Assembly: GCA_004431415.1 (NCBI GenBank)
Contig: QPMI01000005.1
Location: forward strand, 186,001-250,000
Direction of reading: 5' to 3'
DNA length: 64,000 nucleotides
Origin: Cyanophora paradoxa CCMP329
Lineage: Eukaryota > Plantae > Glaucophyta
The position numbers and the translations under genes are program-made. Below are positions 21,801 to 30,929 of the stretch, piece by piece. The first letter of the stretch is position 1. Every line of letters begins with the position of its first letter. The notes under the pieces are model-generated. The model had not been told where the DNA came from and did no database searches. It saw only the letters and a program-made list of their open reading frames with translations.

Positions 21801-21842
21801 TTACAAGATCAAATAGATCAATGGCGCAGTCAGGCTGCTTAA
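15840..21842 (+). CDS. 2000-aa virion fibre/spike protein with a C-terminal intramolecular chaperone (peptidase S74)
   Basis: SDRRYKTDI...GLIAQDVEKVIPEVV...LEYTGLVPVLIEAVKEL; HxH repeats; W..I..KP motifs; YLPLTGGTVTG fibre motif; repeated beta domains. Confidence 0.88.
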   Translation: MSYILKKPVPLRRSPDFVDDRLINIRVFGSILADFNADRDIHRTEFSRPAALILRNSHVGAPDIAQRFCLGPTENFVAEIIGSRALPRHLRIASSGTVSKYDSGRLIFRLQNDRGVHTSALRLIDESNDVANKTAAQITGRILLGEDAAISVLASQIQPFPWDLLYTDAREANLLFGFDVNQIDTEPATRFDIPGCTFGSILIEADRHLLPALHDRYDLGLRTRQWRNIHGTNIYQDGKKVSTEEQVINIFNYYFGPIVPIPPLPGLPKPPIPDGPGRERVADETVPFGQHIVSWEQVRNKPIFEPKKQIDEQYLPPEIDILELDDYQFVPDEEEFLPDGFDPQEYEYDQYDPNEEEYLPDGLDPQEFEYEQNYEPHEEYLADGLEPPVVDYEQPYEPHEEFLPDGLQPELFEFFPDWEQINNKPARYPPEDHNHDWDEILGKPEKYPPEDHRHDWGDIDGIPPEFPPEDHLHIWSEIREQPTFASAGNVLLGDINNGVSLYQNIDTPERLQLNDYYVNRQGIDAGTTMDGELYIRPPTRDVILPLGGGIEIKDTKPGIYLTSYYAEDVPMTGGLISLPSDPANYTDKNAAIQINVTNVSDLDGSRPKLIFSREQLAAETLLEDRDDYKQCEVAWIKTNYNGGVPEGLLEINQRASAKNIHNENISRVVTEDYFRWDNIPDAPEKFPPSDHEHVKADITDFAHEHVKADITDFAHTHTKDQITDFAHEHVKADITDFAHEHVKADITDFAHTHTKADISDFAHTHLKADITDFAHAHTKADITDFAHTHLKADITDFAHTHLKADITDFAHTHTKVDISDFAHRHNWDEIDEQPVFAQLNAIGNVFNGVTLYQSINTPERLFLNDHYVSLNGSFTGQDGTPMVGTLAVRLPRDPIVNGVYSGDFNVGVNDTFPSIYVTNYHPGETGQVADFSAAIQVNVTDQSAYDGARPKIVFTREKVVNYLPVAGQPTDDHGKCEMAWIKTTSGGALEVNQRMAAKNLHNTTLSGVVTDDYLTNKGYLTSADLSSYATDAELAAALANYLPLTGGTVTGTVNATTLQIGGTTIPKGYEFDQLDVVSTDRSANNWTVNWTGHRTGLTGCYTTPENDADVTGCWMRWTIPEGMKSFYIQLLLWHNCRYFDIYGQTVNGHQHFLRRINNYQGLQDVAVQDGTYPAIIFTSVNCEFYSKIYVQGRKGRIYLTGVFGWSRQRATDNDAGLLHYDNIAFNPVGKYSEFDVVSGWNSTGVAFPAGAWTTAWKPTTDNPVEGFYCNQTDDESGSGYMQCVVPAGMKTCHIQYLCWTNSRYFDIYGYRNGRWNYIMRVNTYQNVQNTADTNWHSSLLWTSVFCGNFSHIGIFAKKGRIYIGMLGWTKEVGRTAPANGLISWDNIYSRPALFTAADLPQTATWAVSTWLKSTDNVPRFWFGNGGTTYIRGYEHSDGVSVEFRNSADAWLLKSYSNGNLAVNNTVSAPTLSGTIINGGSINATTNYKFGDKTMPRCVEYDATVAGNSPHGYAGGWGFEGGTAWEPYYNYGGYAYNNESGDTVVNGSWVDYTIPTDLYTGTAHLTYLPWVNCRYFEIWGINRQGNAVFIARVNSYHQYESAPDGNHNGLQNVPIMLGNRFIRLRIIPKVGRVHIMGIGFTRTWTGSSYGGHTGYVSWDNIYSKPNLLTPSLVGNIIGFDTWSGTGSGGLSFSGSWGTGWTASVSNPVDGFYSIVEGDSTSGDWAQIEVPANMQTCHVQYLCWSNCRYFDIGGYRAGRWFHIMRVNTYQTVSNYGTTDYHDGLAWASFACDYFSHVRFVARKGRCYIGMVGWTKEKGRTSPANGMISWDNVYSKDARTTWATGTWITSDEGNGRVYFGSSSTTYIKGYGATVVEFRNTWDTNIAYLEQSGYLYIAAYLSQGSDRRYKTDIKKITGALSAIEKLEGVSFKRIGSEKDGTKLGLIAQDVEKVIPEVVNVKKDDGYLSLEYTGLVPVLIEAVKELSQKCKDLQDQIDQWRSQAA
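16836..17080 (+). repeat. Four ~22-aa acidic repeats (EE[FY]L.DG..P...EY) in the fibre gene
   Basis: Visible in the translation and as ~66-bp DNA units. Confidence 0.8.
17910..18305 (+). repeat. 11 x 36-bp coding tandem repeat (H-x-H-x-K-A-D-I-T-D-F-A)
   Basis: Eleven in-frame 12-aa units counted from CAT at 17910 to CAT at 18306. Confidence 0.93.
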
Positions 21843-21873
21843 CTGCCGTAATAAAAATGTCACAGTATAATTA

Positions 21874-22182
21874 ATGGCGACGTATCCACTTGGTGGAACT
21901 CCTTCCACTACTTCTGAGCCTGTCGCTCTTGCATTCGATACTATCAAACTTGTAGCCGCGCTACAAAATGTCGAAAAAACAATTCAGCAAACTAACAAAC
22001 TGTCACCAGTTGTCAATGAGTATAAAAACCTCTTGGTTAATGTCCTTGCGCAATCGGCTTATGGCGAACCTGTTGCTAAATACTCTGAGTGCGATAGCAA
22101 TATCAAAGCAATGACAGCCAATATTCAAGCTCTTTCTGTTGCTTACCAAGCCCTTGGAGCGAATCTAATCACTTTGGCTTGA
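21874..22182 (+). CDS. Hypothetical protein (102 aa)
   Basis: Intact ORF co-oriented in the fibre cluster; AT-rich leader. Confidence 0.6.
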   Translation: MATYPLGGTPSTTSEPVALAFDTIKLVAALQNVEKTIQQTNKLSPVVNEYKNLLVNVLAQSAYGEPVAKYSECDSNIKAMTANIQALSVAYQALGANLITLA

Positions 22183-22225
22183 TGTCTGCCGACTTTTTTT
22201 TCTTTCCTTCTTAGTAAAATAAGCA

Positions 22226-23080
22226 ATGGGCGAATATAATCGGGTTCAGCTACCTATCTATTCACTTGGATCCCCTGCTACTCACTTTCGCCAGCATGAG
22301 GTAAATGATGAGGTTCGCGGTCTGGAATCCACTGAACGTCCTAATTCTAACGGGAATGCTTTTGATAAGAATTCGATTATTCGCGTAAAAGAACTCCGAG
22401 CTGACAAGAACTCTGGTGTAGTTAAAACCACTCGACTCCTCGTAAGCAATGCAAATTTCTTCCAGCCTACTAATGGAGGCCCTGATGCTTACAGTGTTGA
22501 TCTGAAAGCCCTTGACTTCGATAAGAATTCTGCTGCTGTTACTGTGAGATCAGGTGGAGCTTTTATTGGTGGTGGATGTCGTGTGTCCGGTCAACTCTCT
22601 TCTTCGATTGCATACAATGATGTCCCAGATACTCTTGAACAAAATGTGGAGAACCCGCAACGAATTCGGTTCTATACACCTGTTGCACAGCAACCTTTTC
22701 TTCACTTCTATGTTGCTTCATCTGTCACTCTTGAAAATTCAGAGTTGGTTTCCATTACAGGAACTGATCGTGTGAGAAGGAATATTCCTCTTCCCACAGC
22801 AATGCTTTCGATGTGCAGAGCAAACAACAATCAACCAGGTCACAATTACCTATTCTTTGTTCAAGCATCAAACCATTTCGGTAGAGGATATTGTGTTTAT
22901 AACAATTTGACATTTACTTATGATTTGTTTGTCACTGAGGTAGGAGTTTATAATACTATGATAATTGGACTGAGAACAGATATAGCTGCTGTTTCAGCAC
23001 TTCGTGGTGTGAATATTGCTGATATTTTTACAACCGGATTTTACCAGGAGCCAGATGTTATTGACGATCCAACACCTTAA
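22226..23080 (+). CDS. Hypothetical structural protein, paralogue A
   Basis: Shares GLESTE, EL..DKN.GVVKTT.LLV.NANF and GGA..G.G.RV.G with 23104-23928. Confidence 0.75.
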   Translation: MGEYNRVQLPIYSLGSPATHFRQHEVNDEVRGLESTERPNSNGNAFDKNSIIRVKELRADKNSGVVKTTRLLVSNANFFQPTNGGPDAYSVDLKALDFDKNSAAVTVRSGGAFIGGGCRVSGQLSSSIAYNDVPDTLEQNVENPQRIRFYTPVAQQPFLHFYVASSVTLENSELVSITGTDRVRRNIPLPTAMLSMCRANNNQPGHNYLFFVQASNHFGRGYCVYNNLTFTYDLFVTEVGVYNTMIIGLRTDIAAVSALRGVNIADIFTTGFYQEPDVIDDPTP

Positions 23081-23103
23081 AATATATATCACTTTAATGT
23101 AAA

Positions 23104-23928
23104 ATGACTGAAATTGAGCGTATTGTCACGGCACAACTTTCGCTCGCAGCCCCAGCTACACATGTTTTACAACATTCTACTTTTGACGATGTAGAAGGTC
23201 TTGAATCAACAGAGGTTCAACCTACAATGAATACCTTCGGATCTACACATAAACTTAGATTGCAGGAACTCCAATGTGATAAAAATAATGGTGTGGTCAA
23301 AACTACAAAGTTGCTAGTTACAAATGCAAATTTTAGCGCCCATTATGGCGATCCAGACAGCTACGGCGATCCTCTTTCGACTTATTCCTTCGAATCTCGT
23401 TCGGGAGCTATTAACTGCCGAAATGGTGGCGCATATGTTGGCGATGGTCTTCGTGTTGGTGGAGCTATCGGAGCTCCTCTCTTTGTGAACGATCAACCGA
23501 ACCCGATTGATAATTTAACGCGTATTCGCACCTACGTTCCCAGCATGAATGCACCATATATTATTAAGATCTTTCCAATCGTTGTTAATGAGCAAACATC
23601 AGTAGTTGATTCTCTGGTTGAAATTGGTGATCATTTCAAGGTAGTAGTGGATATCCCACCTGATATCTACGCTCTCTGCCAGGTTGAAGGTGGAACTCCG
23701 AATATTACAGTGGTAATAACTCCTTACGATAACTTTGGAATCGCTTATCATGGTGTAAATTTCGGATTAGAAGATTATCAGTTTTTAGTAAGAGCTACCA
23801 GGTTTGGTATCTACAAATGTATCCTTTATGCTGAACGAACCGATGCTATTGCTAAACAGAACACATATGCAGAGTACTACGGCACTAATAGGTATTTTCC
23901 TATATTCGGCAGCGATACAGCTCCATAG
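23104..23928 (+). CDS. Hypothetical structural protein, paralogue B
   Basis: Tandem paralogue of 22226-23080. Confidence 0.75.
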   Translation: MTEIERIVTAQLSLAAPATHVLQHSTFDDVEGLESTEVQPTMNTFGSTHKLRLQELQCDKNNGVVKTTKLLVTNANFSAHYGDPDSYGDPLSTYSFESRSGAINCRNGGAYVGDGLRVGGAIGAPLFVNDQPNPIDNLTRIRTYVPSMNAPYIIKIFPIVVNEQTSVVDSLVEIGDHFKVVVDIPPDIYALCQVEGGTPNITVVITPYDNFGIAYHGVNFGLEDYQFLVRATRFGIYKCILYAERTDAIAKQNTYAEYYGTNRYFPIFGSDTAP

Positions 23929-23966
23929 CTGCATTCCTTTGTTTTTTTATATTTTTCCATTAATAG

Positions 23967-24293
23967 ATGGATTTGCTTCGAAAATGTTTGGATATGTTCC
24001 ATCTCAACGTCACCAGCAAATTGAATTGTAGTTGCTGTGAGACGACCATTAATCTCGAAATATCAGACACAGAAGGCTCTCGCACCCCAGAAACTCAGGT
24101 TTCGCCTATTAACACACCCAGGACTTCTAGGTCCAATTCTCCATTTACTCGAACCGATTCACCTGTACCTTGGCTTGATGCTGAAGGCCGAAGATTGTCT
24201 TGGCCTCCCCCAAATATCCCGAAGCCGCTGAAAAGAAAAAAGTCCTTGCTATCAAGTTTCAGAAAGGAGAAGCAACCCGATCAGGTGGAATGA
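23967..24293 (+). CDS. Small Cys-Cys motif protein; homologue of 59703-59975
   Basis: MDLLRKCLDMFHLNVTSKLNCSCCETTINLEISDTE vs MDIIRKFIEMLSLHVVSNCHSGCCDTTIEFEMSDTE. Confidence 0.75.
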   Translation: MDLLRKCLDMFHLNVTSKLNCSCCETTINLEISDTEGSRTPETQVSPINTPRTSRSNSPFTRTDSPVPWLDAEGRRLSWPPPNIPKPLKRKKSLLSSFRKEKQPDQVE

Positions 24294-24333
24294 GGCCGCA
24301 CCAGACCGCTCTGGGGGCCCGTCCTTACGTGCG

Positions 24334-24718
24334 GCTATAGCTTAACGCTTTTTCCTCGTTTAGCTTCTCTGTACACATCAATTACATCTAGCTAGAGCTT
24401 AACACGTTTCCTCGTTTAGCTTCTCTGTACTCATTAATATCGCCTAGCCTATTCTGCCACGTTGTTCTACAGACCGCGCTCAAGGGGGCAGCGCTCCTCT
24501 TCGTCTATTCTAGTTGTCAGCTCTGCCCTGAATAGTCGTTAGATATTTCTTTGTTAAGACTCCGACCCGAGTCTGGTAGACCTGGGAATTAGGGTCTCGT
24601 AGACGTACAAGGTGAATTAACTGAAGAGGGGCTGGAGGTATACACTGGAAACGCATGGAATCGGGGGCAATGGAGCGAAGCGGAATTGCCCGGGTGTGAG
24701 GTCCATGCGTATACAACA
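24334..24718 (-). repeat. Right terminal inverted repeat (~385 bp)
   Basis: Reverse complement of 2506-2889; ends ...TATACAACA. Confidence 0.95.
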
Positions 24719-24724
24719 ATTATA
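24719..24724. repeat. Right target-site duplication ATTATA
   Basis: Matches 2500-2505. Confidence 0.92.
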
Positions 24725-24770
24725 TTCTGGACAACCGAGAGAAATAAGCAAAGAAGAGTGCGAAGCGCAC

Positions 24771-26280
24771 TAAAGAGCGAGGTGAGCTTTGAGGTGATCA
24801 TGGGCTGGAAGAAGAATGTAAGGACGAGGCACCCTACGACGTAGATGTGCTTCGTGTTGTACCACCACGACGCGTTGTGCAGATCGAGCTCTGCAAGCGC
24901 GTCGAGCAACGCGCTCGGGTCGCTATGATCGGTTGTGCTGCGCTTCTGGTCTAAGCGCCTGTTTGCGCAGCTTGCTTGGGGTTGATTTCCGTCTCCATTT
25001 TCGTCGTGTGCTTCAAGGGCACGGCGGAAAGGCAGCCGGTGTACCAGCTTTGAGAGCAGCTTCCGCACATGTTTGGATGCAACGTGCATCACAGGCACAA
25101 GAATCGCAAGCAGCACCGGCAGCACTGAAGATTGAAGGGGTTTATAATGTTAATTCGCCACTTACACGGCAGATTGCGGGCATCGATAACGCACCAAAAG
25201 AAGCAAGCGGCAGCAGTATGTAGAATCTGCGTGAACGTCGCCAATTAGTACGAATACGAGAGGGCCATGCGTACAATTAATACTGCAGCGCACAGAAGCT
25301 TGATATAGACCGGCCACAACGCGGTTTGTCCTTCGCGATTGAGCGCGAATATGCAATCCAGATTGATAATTTTCTCGGTTGGAGATACCACACTCTCCTC
25401 CGCTCCGAGTAGGCCGTTCAGAATCGAAGGCCAGCGCACCGAAAGACTTTTCGAGAGGGTAATGAGCTGCAGATAATCAAGCAGTACTTGAAGGAAGATC
25501 CCCCGCTTTTCGTCTTCATCCGAGCTGCTGGCATCGAGGATAGTTGTCCACGTGATGTAACTTTACATGCAGCGAGGAACCGAAATTCAGAATCAATAAT
25601 AAAGGGCATGTGGCTTACAAAAATTAAATCGTTCACCCTGCGAAAAGAAGGAACGCAAGAGCGACGAGAATTCCAATCACGGCGGAAGTTCCAGGCGAGA
25701 AGCACTCCGTGCAAGCGTATTCTCCCGCCCTACCGAAGCCCGTGACACAGGAACCGCACAACGGACCATGGTAACCCTGTTTGCAGTCGTCGATCGGAAC
25801 GTTTACATCCACGGGAACATCCAGAGATTCGTCAACCAGATGCGCGTCCGATAGCAACCGTCTCTGGGTATTCGAAGGAGAGCAGGCGCTGGCTGTGCTG
25901 TTCGCTGTCGAACTGCATTCACGATCGGCCTGCGGCTTGCCACCAAGGCAGCTGTCTTCCCCATTCGGGCACTCAATGAACATGGAGATGTCATATCGAC
26001 TTTGGAACCAGCCCCTGTCGATGAGATCGCGATGTGTAAATTGTTAGTCGATTACTAGCTATAGTCTCCGATGCCAAAGCATCGGCATCCAGAATGACGC
26101 ACGGCTTCGCGTAGAGTTTTGCTCCTCCTTCACAAACACCCCCCTCGGGACACTTACTACAGGAAGCGTCGTCAGGGTTCAAACTGAAGAAATTCGGTCC
26201 GCTGCGCATGCGCTCCAGCGATCAAAAATTGGAGAAGCGCCAACGCAATTATCGCCTCTCACCATTCGGTGCAGAGGCGA
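24771..26280 (-). CDS. Host gene exons: Cys-rich region and first transmembrane helices
   Basis: CSKCPEGGVCEGG, CKQGYHGPLCGSCVTGF...CTEC, then hydrophobic segments, WPS.L and FFFQPMIT; GT-AG introns. Confidence 0.7.
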
Positions 26281-29200
26281 GCGCCTCTATCGAGGATCTC
26301 GCCGGGAATGCACTTGCGAAGGTAAATGCTCAGAGATGCTGGCTCCAGCTCCAAAACGGCGACGGAGAACGAGACGTTGTACACAAATCCCGGCATTTCT
26401 GTGATGCGCACGTCCGACAGCACGGCCACCCCCCGTGCAGTCGCGTTGGTCATCGTGCCTGGATTTTCAAAGTTAGCGACTAAATGAGAGTTAATAAAAT
26501 TAGATGTGACAAAGCCTAATCTCCTGTTCGTTACCTGATAGGTAATTTCCAGCCGCGGACACTTGAACAAGCGATCCCGAGTCCATGACTGTGGATCTGC
26601 CCTGCAGGCGTCACACGTGCGCGCTGCAAGGATGAGCATTGCGCTTGCGTCACAAGTTGCAAACCTGTAAGCATCCTCCATAGTCACACGAACGGAGATG
26701 GGCTTCCCGCTCGCCACATCGATTGCCGCAGTCAATAGCTCCGGTACGATGCGCTTTGCAGGCGTTGCGCAGGCGGTCCCGTAGCTCGCCCAGTTGCCGA
26801 CAAACGCAGCGCACAGCTCTGCATCGAATCGACTGCACGTTTCAAGGTCCGGAGTGTTGCAAAAGACAGCACCGCCACCTCCCTCAGCGCGGTTCGCAAT
26901 GATTAAAGAGCCTTGCACTGAAAGAGAGGCGCAAGCCTTCTGCTCGACAAAAAGAGCGCCTCCGTGCTTCAGAGCCGAGTTCACGGACACGTTCGTGTGT
27001 ACGAGAGTCAGATTGCCTTGCGCTGCGAATGCCATACCCCCTCTGGTGGCCGAATTGTTGCTCGCTATGCATCGAGCAAGCTCAGCGTTGCGGCTCGATG
27101 CGAACAGGACCCCCCCGTCCTCTGCGCATAACTGATCAGTTGATCATGAGCGTGCATAAAATGCAATGTCCTCGGGTCCGTTTAAAATCAAAACCGCGCG
27201 CTCGCGCACGTGCGTAGTTCTGATAGAATGCGGACGAGTCGACAATAAGAGAGGCAGCGGCGTCTGTAGCTATTGCTCCACCGCGGCGCTGGGCTGCGTT
27301 GCTGCTGAAGGCTGATTCCACGATCTGAACAGAGGACTGTCCACCCGCAAATATCGCGCCCGCGTCGCCGACTTGAACATCGCTTGTCCCTCTTTGCTGA
27401 GGCGAAACTGATATTGTGCCAGCACTGTTCCCCACGAAAGAGCTGCGCTCGATGCGAACTGCAGCCATTTCGCTCGACGCCAAGCCTCCACCAGAGATAC
27501 CGGCAGCACACCCCATCGTAGTCGAATTAGTCACTGTCATGTGCACATAGTTTGAAAGAGGGTCTCCTTGCACGTGGGCGCCACCACCCTGAATCTCTGC
27601 TCGGCAATCGGACAGTAGGCCGTCCGAAAAGACAATCGAAGAGGCGGCATCGACCGCGATACACCCGCCACTCTTCGCCATGCTACCAGCGATTGAAGAC
27701 TCTGCAAATGCGCAACGTGATTCTTTGCCACAGAAGGCTCCGCCTCCTCTGCCATTGATAGCCTGGCCACCGGACAGCATAGATTGGATGACACGCAGTG
27801 TCCCTTGACCGCTTGCGGCAGCTCCTGCACCTGAAAACATTTTTAAAAGGGGATCGGACAGGCAGAATTTCGGAATGCCAGAAGTGCAACTACCATCTTG
27901 GCGGGCCTTTGATGAGGTAATTGAGGAATCAAACAGCTCGTAGGTGGAGAAGCCCGTGATGTACAGGGAACCGCCATTCTCCGCCTGGCAGTTGCGGAAT
28001 GTGCACCCTCGACAAGAAGCCGACCCGCCCTCGGCAGTCAAACAACCGCCGTTCTCTTGAGCTCTACCGTTCGAGACAGAGACGTTCTCAAAGCGCATGC
28101 TTCTTGAATTTGCCACATATACGCATCCGCCAGTGTACGCCGAGCAGTCAGCAAAAATCGAGTCTTGGAAAAGCACGTCGTTCGCCGTGCTTTCAGAGTC
28201 GACGTATATCGCTCCTCCTTTCGCACCACTTGACGCCTTGTCGATGTGCACGTTTGTTGCTCTGAGCTGGAGTTGGCCGCGAAGAACGAACGCTCCTCCG
28301 TAATCAGTCGTCAAAACGTCATTCGCGGCGACGTTGTCGAGTTCTACGACGCCCAATGCTCCGGCTGTGGTGGAAGATTGCTCGATCTGCACTTGCAGAA
28401 TTTGCGTAGACCTGCACTGCTTAGTCGACCCCGCCGTGAAGCTCAACATTGGCGAGTTTCCAAAGCTCGACATTCCGCTTGCTGCTATGAATGCTGCGCC
28501 TCCTTGTCGGCCTCGCCCGCCGTTGATGATGATGTTGTGAAGCTTCGTAGACGTGCGGTGCTCGATGTGGAGCGCCGCGCCGACTGTGAGGCCCTCGGTT
28601 CCACAGTTCTCGAACCGAGTTTTCGTGATCTCGGTCACTGCTGCCTTCGTCGCGATGGCTCCGCCGTCGAGTGGCGTCGTACATCCTTGAAAGGACGTTG
28701 AAGCGATCGACATCCGGCTTGCGTACTCCGGCACAAACACGGCCCCGCCGCCAAGCGCGGCTGTGCAATTCTCGAAAGTCGAGCCGCTGATGTCGAGCGC
28801 AAGCTGTAGCCCTGAGGTGCTTGCGTCACCAGTAACCAGCAGCGCTCCCCCTGCTCCGATCGCTCGGTTGTTGTCGAAGGTCGAGTCCCGCACAATCTCC
28901 CAAGAGATTTGCTTGGCCAAAATCGCGCCCCCACCCGACTGTATTCCAGTGATGGTCCTTGTCTGAAAGTCGCACACAGTGTCCGCGTTGTTTGTGAACG
29001 TGCTACGGGCTATGAAAAGGCCAGACGCCGACGTCGACGCTTGTCCGCCAACAATGTAGATTGCACCTCCGCCAAACTCCTCGACACTCGCATCCAGGCA
29101 GGGGCACCACTCGGCACTGTTCCGATCGAACGCAGAGCTGATTATAGTTGTGTTTCTTATCTCGTGGATTGAGACTGCTCCGCCTATCCGCTGTGCCTGC

Positions 29201-30883
29201 GACGGCTTTAATTTCAGTACGGCAGCAGAAAGCGCAGCTCCATGCAAACGCACTCGGTTCGCGTCGAAGACACACGATTCGATGATGACAGAGCTGGGCG
29301 CTGCTTGTTCGGCTCCGTATGCGCCTTGGATGCTGATGGCCCCTCCGCCCACTGCGTCGCCACCCAAGTCGGTTTTCACCCAGTTCTTCGAGAAAGTTGT
29401 TTCTTTGATGAAGACCTGGGGGCGAGCAGGTGTGGCACACACAAAATCAGAAGATGTGAAGCAAGGGGAAATAAAGCGGAAATTTATTGTAAGAATGAAC
29501 CTTGGAAGACGCGGAGCGCAGGACAAGAGCGAGAGCGGCCCCTCCGCCCCGAGCCGGTCCCTCCCCGGATTGTGAGTTGACTGTTTGTTGCATCGCCGTT
29601 GCATCGGCCTGTCCGGTTCCAGCCATGTTGCCCCGGAATGTGCTCGATGCCACCTCTACAAAAGCAGCGCTCCCGGCTACAGCAGCCCCCGAAGTGCTGC
29701 GGACATATATTAATGCGCGCTCTGTATAAGTGATGAAATATTAAAAGCAAAACAAACAATGTAGGCGCACGCGCTGGCATTGTTGTTCTCAAAAACGCTC
29801 GAAGTGACGCGAAGTCTGCCGACCTTACTCACAAACAGGGCCGCGCCTGAAATATCGCCGCGCAGAACGTTCCCAGAGAATGAAGCGTGCTGAACAACTA
29901 CCTCGTCGGCGTCGTAGATTGCGAGAACAGCGGACTGCACGCCAACGAATCCAGTGAATGACGTTCCCGCTATCTGGACGACCGAGCCTCCTTTCATGAC
30001 GATGGATGGTGATGTCGAATTCGTCTCCGAAGACGATTCTGAGCCTGCAAACGAGCAATTTGTGATACTGATGCGTGCGCCTGAAGTAGCAAACACGCTT
30101 AGCATCGTGTCTTGCTTCCCATTGGTGAACCGAAGGCCCGAAAATTGAATGCGGCTCTCGTGGTGCTTGAGCGTTACGTTCAGGAACCCGCATGCACGTG
30201 AGAAATCGAGGATAGTGAACGCCGCGCCGCTGACCGAAGATATTTCGAGGTCAATCGCGCGCCCTTCATCCGAGAGGTTTGCCCAGTACCCGCCGTGGCA
30301 TTCGCGCGATTGGTGCCTGCCAGGCAACATATGCACCACGCGTCGCTGTGCGACGCCCGTGCGAGGAGCACGCAGGGCTCTAGCCACGGTCTCGAACGGC
30401 CGCACGAACGAGCCGTCGTTGATCATGTCATCGCCTCCAGAGCACGACTCTTCTGAGCAGCGGAGCGGCGAGTACCAGACGTACACGTGCTCCCGTCCAT
30501 CGCTCGCGGACTGCTGATCGTCGTGTATGGTAAGAGGGCAGAAGGCGCATCGGCCTGCAACGGCGAGACCGCCCAACAAAGACACGGCAGGATAGCTGCG
30601 AAATCGCGTCAAAGGACGACCGCGGCCCCGCTGAGCTTCAGCGTGGTCCGGAGTCGCACCGCGACCCGTTTGCCGAGCACACGACGTCTGCCTCGGCGAT
30701 GCTGGAGACGGAGGAGCAGTCGGGATCAAAGGAACCGCATCCGCAATCGCATCCATCCCCGGCAGCATATGAAGCGCCGCAAGACCACTTGCCTGGAAGA
30801 AGGGCCGTCCCGCTGAACGCAACCGGCTCTCTTGTGAGCCCGTAACTCTCGAACTGCAGGGCTTCCCTTAAGGAATCCTGCAC
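26259..30883 (-). CDS. Host gene exons: pectin-lyase-like / Pmp-type parallel beta-helix repeats, preceded by a Cys-rich motif
   Basis: Many GGA[IVL] and F..N motifs in ORFs 26259, 27136 and 29710; WSC...Y..GDGCDCGCGSFDPDC near 30700-30800. Confidence 0.75.
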
Positions 30884-30929
30884 CGCTGCGATCTGCGTAC
30901 GTGGCTCAAATCAGTTCTGCTTAAGCTAG

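Larger units (their letters stand above)
2506..24718. mobile_element. Complete endogenous Polinton/Maverick-like virus, element 1 (22,213 bp)
   Basis: TIRs, 6-bp TSD, pPolB, rve integrase, packaging ATPase, major and minor capsid genes; intronless and more AT-rich than the host flanks. Confidence 0.95.
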
